DNA of 58,492 nucleotides, the filler included, from Sphacelaria rigidula (taxonomy: Eukaryota), in NCBI GenBank assembly GCA_964200075.2. It is 10 parts of 10 records of this genome, joined end to end, with 100 filler letters (N's around TTAATTAATTAA, not from the genome) between each part and the next. Parts side by side here need not be neighbours in the genome. Positions count along the whole stretch, not along the records: positions 11,721 to 17,479 come from CAXNAA020024660.1; positions 17,580 to 23,338 come from CAXNAA020024661.1; positions 23,439 to 29,197 come from CAXNAA020024662.1; 7 more parts are not named here. One strand, given 5' to 3'. The notes under the pieces are model-generated. The model had not been told where the DNA came from. It was given only the letters and a program-made list of their open reading frames with translations, and did not search any database. The position numbers and the translations under genes are program-made. Below, in pieces: positions 11,993 through 23,523 of the stretch (positions within the stretch are counted from its first letter, which is position 1; each line of letters starts with the position of its first letter).

Positions 11993-12623
11993 ATCCGGTT
12001 AAGGTAGAGTTGGGAGTTCGAATTCTAGCAGATCCAATATTCCTATGCCTTTTTTTTGTAGTACTGGCATACGTAAATTTTAACGACAGTCGACGCGGTG
12101 CGGGAGTGTTGATAGTCATGATCCAAACCGCGATACCAAAATGTCAGGCGTGTGCCGAGAGAGGGAGATGGATCCGATCCTCAAATGCTACGAATTCAAG
12201 TCCTTGTCCTTTCGTGGTATTGCTTGCGTGGCAGCAAAGATAATCCGTAGATCAAACGTACTGATTTTTGTGTTCAGAGATTGATCTGTTTAGTGACAGA
12301 TCAAGCGCTCTGGTGCTGGTGTGCAAAATGAAAGGCTGCGTTCTGTAGGGTATACTGTCTGAAATGATTCAAGAGGGTATTCGCAGAGGTAGAAGGGAGG
12401 TATTTCATCGGTAAATGGCCTTCCAAACCGTGCCTGGAGTGTGTGGAAACAGCTCTCGATATCGTGCCGAATCATACTGAGATATTCGATACACGTGCCG
12501 GTATGGTCTGGTGTGCCAAGCAAAAATTCCCCACTTCGGGTTATACCCTACCGAACATAACCTTCCGAAAATGAGTGGATCATCCTATTCCATGTCTTGA
12601 GCTCGATGAAGACAGGAGACTAA

Positions 12624-12953
<330 letters not shown>

Positions 12954-14418
12954 TGAAGGCGACCTGCCGGGCGTTTCTTTTTTTCTTTTGTGGTGGTGGT
13001 GGTGGTGGGGGGTGACGAAGAGCATCATTATTGAGTTGGACGTACCGAGAGCATGCTATTGATAAAAGATTTGCACCTGTCAACCGGCCGTCATGCAGCA
13101 ACGATATCGTTATTTTTCTCCATCATATCGGACCTTTTATTCAGACCTGGTGTTGAAAAATAGATTACCGGGCAACCATCCACGCGAATAAAAAATCACT
13201 GCTCCGGTGGGGAGTGCATATGCTGGAATGGACCCCACGACCCTAGGCAATATGCACTGCAGTATTTATCAGGAGTGAGATATCATGGACGCGGATGCGC
13301 ACGTTGTCCACGCTCTTGCATGCCTAAGAACGTGTCCTTCCATTGTCACGGCAATAATACATTCTGTCCCTTGTCCCAAATCTATTGGCGGCCTACAATA
13401 GCTATCGATATACATTGATGCCAGTCGATCATGACTGACGAGGGACATTGACAGTCAAATTTTGGGGCTATTACAGCGCCAATGTTGTATTGCATAGTCC
13501 ATTGTCCAGGGTATAAGCACATTTCACCGACAAACAAAAGCACTGTAAGCGCTCATGTCCATCAGAGTGACAACCATGAGTACCAACACCACACCGACAA
13601 CAAAGCTTGTAAACTTTTGTCCACACATATTACGGATTCCTACAAAATGCAAGCGTTCCAAAATTGTATGATCGTGACGCCATATCTTCACAAATAGTAT
13701 CATTATATAACCACTACATGTTCACATGCGGCTGCCCTACTGTACTTTAACGGAGTATAATATGCTTTATACGTAGTATGTTGCAATGTAGGTGTGGCAC
13801 TAGACGACAGAGAATATCCCATAGGTAGGCATTATATACCACAGTAGAGTCTGGTATGTATCTGTCGATTTTCTTTGCCGCCATGCATAGGTTTTGCACG
13901 CAATATATCAATAGCGACCAATAGATTTGGTATACACTATGTCAATAGCCATCGTCTTCATCAAGAGAGTTGACACGCGGTCTATCGATAGCCATTGCCG
14001 TCATCAATAGATTTAGAAAACTATCGATCGATACATTTGTTCGACTGCAATAGATTTCGGTGTAGGGCCACGACAGACTGCTGCGCGGACGAAAGTGTGG
14101 AAAACCGGTCTATCGATATACATTCCCGGCGACAATAGAAAGAGAAACTTGCCGATCGATGGCCATCACGGACGACAATATTGGGCATCTACTGCAGCAA
14201 GCAGATTCTATTGCTATGGCAGTAGATGCCGTCTATTGTCCAGGGTGTGGTATTTTTGGACCACTTTCAATGCAGCAAAGGTATCCAGTTTGGTTGGTCA
14301 TTGTCCAATGTATGCTACACTCGATAACGTTTTCGTGGCTTGTTGCATTTTTGGTGCATGTGCACCAATATCCCTGCAGTGTGAATATCCCGAAATACCT
14401 CGATCCAAGGGTTGAGAG

Positions 14419-15343
14419 TAGAGTTGTAAACTGGTTTGGCTGATAAGTTCACTGGAGGCAAAAAATTACACCCAGTGACAGTCAGCAGTTGAAACTGCGT
14501 AACTGGTGGCGAAGCCGCCCCGGGACTCCGCCAGCGTTGCCTGGCAAGGCAACGCGGCGGAGTCGCTTTAACGCCCCCCCCCTGCTGGTGAGGGGGTCCC
14601 GGCGGAGGCGCCGCCGGAGGCAAGAATATTACGAGTATGCCATTTGGCTTCACATCTCCCCAGAATCGCGGTAAATTCTAGCCGCCTAGCGCCAGCAATT
14701 CGAGCATGTGATTGGTGCACAGAAAGGTGTACGTATGGGGGGAAAAGAAATATACCTGAACTTTGTGACGTTGGATAAAAAAACGAAGCGGTGAGGCAGT
14801 GACAGTAGTGCAGCATACATAGCGTTCCGCGTGTACCATCCAAGCGCCAGGAAGTACTAGTAGCACGACAACTTGGTGACATTATTGAGTGTGACCTCAT
14901 CAACCAGGAAAAATAACATAAATATTTACTCGCTCCGGTATCGCATTCACCAGCCACCACTGAACGCTTATAACACAGAACAACGCTACGAAACACAGTT
15001 TTGCTTCACATTTCAGATCCGCCTAATCAACAACTGTCCGTGCCCAATCTCTATTTTTTAATATCAAAATATATTGTCTACGATATTCGTGTTCACGTCT
15101 CGGTGTGCGCGCTGTGCGGTCGTGTACTCGCCTCTGTAACAACGTCTCCACGGTCATTGTAGTACGCCGATACTTCAGAAATATTGACTTGATTATGACA
15201 CTTATGTACATGGAACACTTTGGAGTATGGCACATATGTCAGGTGAAATGAGTGGTTCAACTGGTGACAATACCGATCAGTGCACCAGTTGCACCAGTTA
15301 ACTAAAACTGGTGAGTTGAACTGGCAGCCACTTCACAACTCTA
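14419..15343. mobile_element. Non-autonomous hAT-like element in the DDX41 intron
   Basis: TIRs TAGAGTTGTAAACTGG / CCACTTCACAACTCTA; 8-bp TSD gttgagag / gctgagag. Confidence 0.85.
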
Positions 15344-15501
15344 GCTGAGAGCCTGTCGCAGCCGTTTTTTATTTCCAGGTGGTATGGCTGAGTCACCAGA
15401 TCGCAGATGTGTCGCGAAAGAGATTTCGCAGCACCGAACTTTTTTCCCAGTGCAGATCATCTCGTGCTTTTAGCTCCAACTCGCATTGTCTTACTTGAAG
15501 T

Positions 15502-16564
15502 CGCTTCTTATAGACTAAAGAAAGTCTATGAGAAAAGTCGTTTTGGTCAGTCTCCAGAGACTTTTTACAGAACGCGACCTTATAGGGCCGTTTTTCATGA
15601 AAAAAGTCTCTGGAAACTGGCTACAGTTTGCAGACAGCGGGATTTTGCCAAATACCTCTGCGAAAAGCCATCGAGTCTCAAAGACTTTTCTCTGTCTGGG
15701 AATTGTCGTTCCATTACACATTCCTCGTACACCGCACCCGCAATGGTACAACCAGTGTTCCATCACACACTCGTCGCATACAATCGTAGTACAGTCAGTG
15801 GGAAAGTAGTTGTCCATGTTGTATGTTCAGTACAGTGCCAACAGCATAGCTGCTGCAGCACTCCGTTCATCCTCTTCATGACCATAGAACCAGGGACAAA
15901 CAGTACAGACAGTGCAGTGCTTTCTTGCCGGCAGCGTTACTGTCGTGAAATAGCACGATGTCGCCCCTGCTGGCTGCGTTAACTGCTCGTATCGTTTCAT
16001 GCTCATCGTGCCCGCGACCGATCGCGGACTCTGTAGTATCTGCGTATCGAGACGGTTGCTACCGCACTACCAACTGTCACGTGAATTTGTTGTGTGCAGT
16101 ATGGCACAAACCGTCTGCTGCACACATTGCGCCGCTTGCGACACGGCTACTGTACCAAGCGGCAATCGGCTGAAGTAAGAGTTGATACGCCCATCATTTC
16201 GATCCCTGTTATACCAGTAGCTACTGTGCGTGTGCGTGTGCGTGTGCGTGTGCGTGTGCGTGTGCGTGTGCGTGTGCGTGTGTGTGTGCGTGTGTGTGTG
16301 TGTGTGTGTGCCCATCCATCCTGTACCTCGACAGGATTATTCACGTCTTGGTTTACCGCAGGTGGCACAAGCACAAAATGCAAATGATGACCACTACCAG
16401 CGTTTGCACGCAGGCTAGATGATGGCCTCGGGTGTACAAAATCCCCAGGATTTTTCATTGACTGTAAGGTGGGGTTCTGAAAACTGATTTCTCTGGAGAA
16501 AGTCTCGAAGAAAAGTCGTCCAAAATGTCGTTTCTCGGATACTTTTTTCAGTCTACAAGAAGCG
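15502..16564. mobile_element. Non-autonomous TIR element in the DDX41 intron
   Basis: ~45-bp imperfect TIR: cgcttcttatagactaaagaaagt..ttttgg vs reverse complement cgcttcttgtagactgaaaaaagt..ttttgg. Confidence 0.75.
16226..16310. repeat. (GTGCGT)n/(GT)n microsatellite
   Basis: Direct read. Confidence 0.95.
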
Positions 16565-16621
16565 GCCTGACTGTCGTGTCATTCTCTCCTTTTTCCTTGT
16601 CATCGTTATTGCATGGATTAA

Positions 16622-16721
16622 CCCTTGGACCGCGATGCGGGTGGTTCATGTGGATAACAACACTTGTTTCAAGTGACATTGATGCCGATTCAGCAGGTGA
16701 CTGATCGTCACGTTCAAAGGG
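16622..16721. mobile_element. 100-bp piggyBac-like MITE
   Basis: TTAA|CCCTTGGACCGCGATG...CGTCACGTTCAAAGGG|TTAA. Confidence 0.75.
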
Positions 16722-17012
16722 TTAATCTGTCGGTTAGCTTTCACGAGAAAATTGTCTGACACCATTCCGTACACCGGCGCTATACGAAACCAGAAATTGC
16801 GAAATACATGGTGCGGGTTCTGCTTCCTTCCTATCTTCTGGGGACAGGAAACAAAATACGTACGTACGACAGCAAGGATAATGCTTTCCTTTGATGGACC
16901 ACCCTGGTTTATGTTGAACTCGAGCTCTCGCCTGACATCTGTGAAAATACCTTGTGTATATATTTTGAGTCGTCGTTCTTTGTGTATGTGTTTGTGATCG
17001 GCACATTTTCAG

Positions 17013-17169
17013 GAGATGAAACTGCCGGTTGTCGGCGGAGAGGGTCCTTTCGGCATCATCTTGTGCCCCTCGAGAGAACTCGCCCGCCAGACGTTTGATG
17101 TCGTTGAGTACTTCTGCCAACATCTAAAGCGAGGGGGCTTTCCCGAGCTGAGAACCGTCTTGTGCATAG
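17013..17169 (+). CDS. DDX41: DDX41/Abstrakt, next exon (motif Ia)
   Basis: tttcag|[53 protein letters not shown]|gtaagc; phase-0 join with the previous exon across a 4068-bp intron. Confidence 0.95.
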
Positions 17170-18340
17170 GTAAGCAACTTTTTCTTGTTTCTTGTTATTT
17201 CTGTTATTTCTGTCATTTTCGTTATGTTCGTTAGTTTTGATAGTTTAGTTATTTCTGTTTGTGTTGGTTTCGGTTTCGGTTTCGGTTTTGGTTGTCCCTT
17301 TATTTTGGTTGTTTTCTACTTGAACGTCGCACCAGCCTTTTATTCAGTCCCTCGGTGAAACAAAAAAAAGGTCATCATTCCTCTGGGGGGGGGGGGGGGG
17401 GGGTTTCGGTTCTTTAGGTAGGGCCGCTGGGTGTTTTTTTCTGTTTGGTGGGTTTTTTCGTTTTTTTTTTTTTTTTGGGNNNNNNNNNNNNNNNNNNNNN
17501 NNNNNNNNNNNNNNNNNNNNNNNTTAATTAATTAANNNNNNNNNNNNNNNNNNNNNNNNNNNNNNNNNNNNNNNNNNNNATATTGCTCTCGTGGCTCTCA
17601 GGCCGGTTTTGGCCCCAAAAGTGCAGACCTTATCGCAGCATCACTCATAATGGGCCTGCAAACTACAGAATCGCTACTCGGCTGGCCCAGCTCGTACGAA
17701 AGCGCCTCGTTTGGCGGAGGATTCACAGGCATGGGTCCAAATTTCATAGCGTATATACCAGTTTCGAGTAATTTAATTCGAGTAAAACCAATCCCTCTAC
17801 ATGAGGACGTGCATTATGTAGCGCATGGTTAGACGCTGACTCGATTCTGGTATGGACTCCGTTACACTCGTGTCAACTATCCATGAGGAGAGAATGGTAT
17901 CCAGGACAGTAACTGCCTCACAAGGGCGCTGGTCATCCTGCGTAAGGGTTGGTGCACCCGACGTTCGCTATGAGCGTCGTCGTGCCTGGGGAATTTTGGC
18001 GTTGACTAGGGTTGACGTTGCAGTCTTAGTTACGCTCAACGTGCTCCTCCCGTATCCCTCACGTCTTTAGATACGAATCATAAGATGAGAAGCTACTACC
18101 ATCGTTGTTCCCAATTCCGAGGAAGACTTAATCGGCCACAATGCTGCTGACTTCCTACTAATGGCCATCACAATTTGTTTTGAATGGCTGGTGTTGATCG
18201 GTGCCATGAAGGCAGTACTCACCCGATGCCCACCGCTTGACTAGGGTTGGCGTTTTCCACGGTAAAGATACAATCGGTACCGCGACAAGAATCGTGTAGA
18301 TGCAACGGCGAAGACAGTTGAGCACCCTACACACATCAAA

Positions 18341-20630
18341 TCAGACAGCTAGATCTGTTGCGTGTGCAAAACCTCGTTTGTCGAAACACCGCCCTCTTCC
18401 GGAGGTATATGGAAAGCTTGTTTCATGATGACATGTTGATTTTGAAAATATCGATACACCATCCTGAGCCCCCCCCCAAACAATTTTAATCTTGTCGACC
18501 TTTCTATAGTATATAGGGTTCGGGTCACGCACAGGTGTCCACCGACGCAAGAAAGCCGGATAAATCCGTGCAAGAACAAAGAAGAACAAGCTTGAGAAAT
18601 AGCTGACTTCTGCTGAATTAATATTTAGCCACAGTGGAATCATGGCACGAACTGGTGCACTGCCAACATACAGAATATGGGGCGCACAGCATACAGTACC
18701 GTGCACCGATCATCATGGACACGCGAAGGCACTTTGAGCCCTTGTAGATATTGGATACTGCTACCGAAGGCATCGTTGCATCGGCGGCTTTTTTATGAGC
18801 TGTCGAAGGATCCGCGAGCCCGCCCCCCCCCCCCCCCCCCCCCCCACCCCCCCGCCCCCCCCCCCCCCCCCCCCCGCCCCCCGCCCCGCCCCCCCCNNNN
18901 NNNNNNTCCCCGAGCGCCGTTGTAGCCCCGGGGTTTTTTTTTTGTTTTCCCAGGGCCCCCGAGGGCCCCCCCCCCCCCCCCCCTCCCCCCCCCCGCCAGG
19001 CAAACTTGGCGCGCGACATCTGATCGAATGTAGCTTTGCCGCATCAAGAAGTACAGTGCACCAATGACCGTACCTGTGAAATACTGCAGTCGGTCTTGCT
19101 GCTGCGAGGCAGTTGCACTGTCGATAGTACTGTCGGTCGACGTGGACTGCCGTGCCACCCAAAGTAGTGGGTGCATTCCAGCCACGACAAGCCTTTCTTT
19201 TTCTCGTGTGCGTGTCGCCCAAAAGACTATGTCCAGGGCCATTTTTGACGTAAATTCTGCAACTTTGAGCGTGTCGTTGAGCTGCACAGGAACAAGGCGA
19301 TACCCACGCCGCTATACGTCTACCTCCTACGCACTCCGAACAAGCACCACTTGTTACATGCTATCTTGTGCGCTCTGAATGAACACGGTCCGAGTCTGAG
19401 CAAACAAATACGAAAAGGCAGGCTACGCAAATGAGACGATTTGTGGCGCATCACTCTCTTACCGGCGGGTGCACATATGTCATGAAATCTTGATTGTCAT
19501 GACCCTGGTAGCATTGTAATGATCAGAGTTTGCTCTGAGGCGTTTACAACAAGCAAACAGTATGATGCGAACTCGAGTGCCCTGGTTCGGTACGCATGGT
19601 CACTGTAACCCGAGTCGGCACCCGACCAGAAAACGAAGCTGGAGGGGGCCGAAAGTGTCATGATCGGTATCATCAGTGCCACCGTTGGAGTAGCCGGTTT
19701 GTTGTATTGATGGTGTTCGGTATCACAGGTACAGCTCCCGAAATTACGCATTAGGCAAGCCCCGCCATTCACGAGACATGTAGTAAAAAAGCTCATGATT
19801 TCGCTAGAAGCCGCCCTCCACTCCGTGGCGTAGCGAGTAACTTTGTTCTACACTGGCTACGGCGGTCAGAGGAAACACCATCCCCCATTTTCAGTGAATA
19901 CTGCAGTGACCAAGAGTCGCCCACGCAACGTCGATTTTGGTTTTTGAACTCGGGTGTGTACAAGTGGAGATCATACGGGGGCTTCCACGCGTGCTGAACT
20001 CTCCGTGACTTGTGGTGTTGGGTTGACGGCGTGAAGTGCTGAATGATGGCGCACACTTGTGGCACAATTTCAGCTGGCAACGGCTCCGAAGTTGCACGGA
20101 GTAGCGCCGCTAAGGCTGGTGTGGACACGGCGACAGGTGAGGAGGTGCCCGAAGAGCAGTGGAATCAACGTGTACAAATACATGAGAAGAACGCGTGTGC
20201 ACTTGTTTGTACATGAAATTCATCTGGGCGCATCCTCGCAATCTCGAGCATGAACTTTTCCGCGTGGAAATATGTTCGTTTATCTTGTGGTCGACTGACG
20301 TACCAACGCGATTCAATAAACGTCACATGCATGTTTAAGGGGTCGCAGCTGCACGACACCACGAACTGACGCTCAAAGTCTGCTCCACCGCTCGTAAGTA
20401 AAGTTACATAAAGTTCAAGTGGTACGACATTGGGTGTCACCGTCAAGTCAAATATAGTAGACAACAATTCGCCATACCTTCCCTCGCAGGACGCGGCGAA
20501 ACCGGACTGAGGAATGGCCGTGGTCGTTCTGATGTCGATGAATTTCGCCTCGCCCTGCTTGAATAGGTCGCTCTCAGACTCGTTTATTATTATTTCACCA
20601 ATACATGATAAAGAGTTCCCTCTCGAGCTT
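18341..20630 (-). pseudogene. Decayed, apparently intronless ORF remnants of unknown family (possibly viral)
   Basis: The minus-strand frame from ~20630 to 19793 is open except for one TGA (joins ORFs 20165-20467 and 19793-20128); further pieces at 18793-19287 and 18341-18706; no recognisable motif. Confidence 0.3.
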
Positions 20631-20761
20631 TATTCCCGAAAGGGTCCAACGTGTACCGGCCTAGGTTGCATGCATCATGTGGCAATGAGTTCAACATGTC
20701 CGCCGCTTGATGGTCCACACGTGCTAACATTTCAAGTGCTCGTTCCATGCTCTCGTTACAG

Positions 20762-22566
20762 GCAGAGATCTTCGTCTAGAGGCTTTCACCGTAGTCCTCA
20801 ATCAGACTTCCTCCGCGGATGAGCCGTATTTGCCGACGAAGCGGCTACAACTGGTTGCACTACAACTCTGCATCTCATGTCGCGCCCAAAGGACCCTGCG
20901 TGTCAAGGTTGAGCGATCTACACCGCGCAGGCTATGGACGGATACCGCCGAGGAATCGCCAACTCCGATACCTGGAAGCACGGGTCGCCCTGATGGAAGC
21001 CGAGTGCCGTTGTTACGAGCGCGTAGCGTTCTTTGGATGTCGAGTGCTGACCCACCGTTCATGTCTTGCGCGACCAACTTGTTAGTCAATCTGCGGAGCG
21101 TGTACTTCGACTACATATTCAATCGTAGTCTGGACCATGTAGTCTGGCCTCCGCAACTCAGGGAGATCGTATTTTGGAACTATCTCGTTACAATCGGACA
21201 AGATTTCGAGAAGCCGATGCAGGTTAACAGTAACCCTTCTTTGTTGAAGAGAATGGTGTACGACTTCAACCAGTCGATCGACAATGTATCGTGGCCTGCG
21301 TCGCTTCAGCAGCTGACGTTCGGATTTTCCTTCAACCAGTCGACTCAGAATGTGACGTGGCCCGTGTCGCTGCAACAGCTGACGTTCGGAGAAGATTTCG
21401 ACCAGCCGATCGAGGGCGTGTCATGGCCTGCGTCGCTGCTTCAGCTTACGTTCGGATTTTCCTTCGACCAGCCGATCGATGGTGTGTCATGGCCTGCATC
21501 GCTGCAGCGGGTTACGTTCGGATGGTCTTTTTGCCAGTTCATCCATGGTGTGTCATGGCCTCCGTCCCTGCAGCAGCTGACGTTCGGAACATATTTCATC
21601 GCTCCCATCGATGGTGTGGTATGGCCTGCGTCTCTGCAGCAGCTTACGTTCGGAGACGGATTCAACCAACCGCTCGAAGGTGTGTCATGGCCTGAATCGC
21701 TGCGACAGCTGACGTTCGGATCTTTGTTCCTACAGCCGATTAAAGGTGTACCGTGGCCCGCGTCGTTGCAGCAGCTGACACTCGGGGATAACTTCGACCA
21801 GCCGATCGAGGATGTTTCATGGCCTGCGTCGCTGCAGCAGTTGGAGTTTGGAGATGCCTTCAACCATCCGATCGGGTCTGTGTCGTGGCCCGAGTCGCTG
21901 CAGCAGCTGGAGTTCGGAGATGCCTTCAACCAGCCGGTCGAGGACGTGTCATGGCCTTCGGCGCTGCAGCAGCTGACTTTTGGGAAACGCTTTGACCAGC
22001 CGGTCGAGTATGTGTCATGGCCTTCGGCGCTGCAGCAGCTGGAGTTCGGAAAAACTTTCAACCAGCCGATCGAAGGTGTGTCGTGGCCTGCGTCGCTGCA
22101 GCAGCTGCCGTTCGGATTTTCCTTCAACCAGCCGATCGAGGGTGTGTCATGGCCTCCGTCGCTGCAGCAGTTGGAGTTCGGAAATTCCTTTCACCAGCCG
22201 ATCGAAGGTGTTTCATGGCCTGCGTCGCTGCAGCAGTTGGAATTTGGAGATGCCTTCAACCATCCGATCGGGTCTGTGTCATGGCCTGCGTCGCTGCAGC
22301 AGCTGTCGTTCGGAGATGCCTTCAACCACCCGATCGGGTCTGTGTCATGGCCTACCTCGCTGCAGCAGCTGTCGTTCGGAGATGCCTTCAACCACCCGGT
22401 CGGGTCTGTGTCGTGGCCTGCCTCGCTACAGCAGCTGTCGTTCGGAGATGCCTTCAACCACCCGATCGGGTCTGTGTCATGGCCTGCCTCGCTACAGCAA
22501 CTGATGTTCGGGAAATGCTTTTATCGGCCGATCAGGGGCGTGTCTTGGCCTGCGTCGCTTCAGTAG
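20762..22566 (+). CDS. FNIP-repeat (22-aa LRR-like) protein, single large exon, truncated by a premature stop
   Basis: ~20 repeats of FNQPIEGVSWPASLQQLTFGxx (66-bp units, 21265-22566) plus 2 divergent ones; frame is open from 20728 with a possible acceptor ttacag at 20761; ends CAG-TAG mid-repeat. Confidence 0.9.
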
Positions 22567-23140
22567 GTCCGCTTCGGACACCATTGGCTTCGCTCTATCT
22601 ATTTCGATTAAGCATTTGTCATGAACCATGTCGCTGCAACAGCTGGCGCTCCGAGATGTCTTACTGCTCAACATGTTGATTAGGGTGTGTGATGGCTCAT
22701 GTTGCCGCAGCAATCGCGTTCGGAATATTTTCTACTAGCCGATCTAGGGTGGAGCATGATCCATGTCGCTGCAGTAGCTGGCGTTCGGAATTTGCAACAA
22801 GTCGATCAAGGGTGTGGTTTGACTGCAGCGTAATCGTGGGGCATGATATACATGGCCGCAGCGACTGATGCTCCGAAGAGCCTTGAACCAGCCGATCGAG
22901 GTGGTGCATGGCCTGCGTCACAACAGCAGGTGACGTTGTGAGATACTTTCGACCAGCTGGTGAAAAGTGTAGCGTGGCCTTCGTTGCTGCAACATCTGAT
23001 GTTTGAAGGCCAGTTCGACCATTCCATCAAGGGCGCAACATGGCCTCCGTCGCCGGAGCAGCCTGACGTTGCTATATTCCTCCAACCAGCAAGTCAACGG
23101 TGCCAATATCAACCGTTTTTTCCAACCAGTGGATAACGTC
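22567..23140 (+). pseudogene. Degenerate continuation of the FNIP repeat array
   Basis: Remnants such as gtcgctgcaacagctggcg, accagccgatcgagg, tggcctgcgtc and ttcgaccagc, with indels and stops. Confidence 0.8.
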
Positions 23141-23470
23141 TGTTGAGATTTGCAACGTCAGATGAGGAACAGTACCGTTAGAACATAAAGCCATTCACGA
23201 GCGCAGGTTTCCGTAGCACATCGAGGTTTTTCTATTATCATTCGCACGCCTTGGCGACGGCAAGGATGACATGGCGCCGGTGGCGTCTCATTATTCTTTC
23301 GGTTGACGATGAGGGGACTGTTCCGCGTGTCATTTTCCNNNNNNNNNNNNNNNNNNNNNNNNNNNNNNNNNNNNNNNNNNNNTTAATTAATTAANNNNNN
23401 NNNNNNNNNNNNNNNNNNNNNNNNNNNNNNNNNNNNNNGCTGCTCAGGGGGGGGGGGGGGGGCCGGGCGC

Positions 23471-23523
<53 letters not shown>

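Noticed and set aside
18822..18995. Poly-C/G Pro/Gly-rich ORFs and G-quadruplex-like tracts (also 17384, 23447, 34953)
   Set aside because: Homopolymers next to gaps or contig ends; likely low-quality sequence
21265..22566. 66-bp repeat array as CRISPR-like or DGR array
   Set aside because: Units are contiguous and codon-structured with no unique spacers; no cas or RT gene and no adenine-specific template/variable pair evident
21291..22679. Overlapping alternate-frame and antisense ORFs over the FNIP gene
   Set aside because: Shadow ORFs caused by the repeat's stop-poor composition
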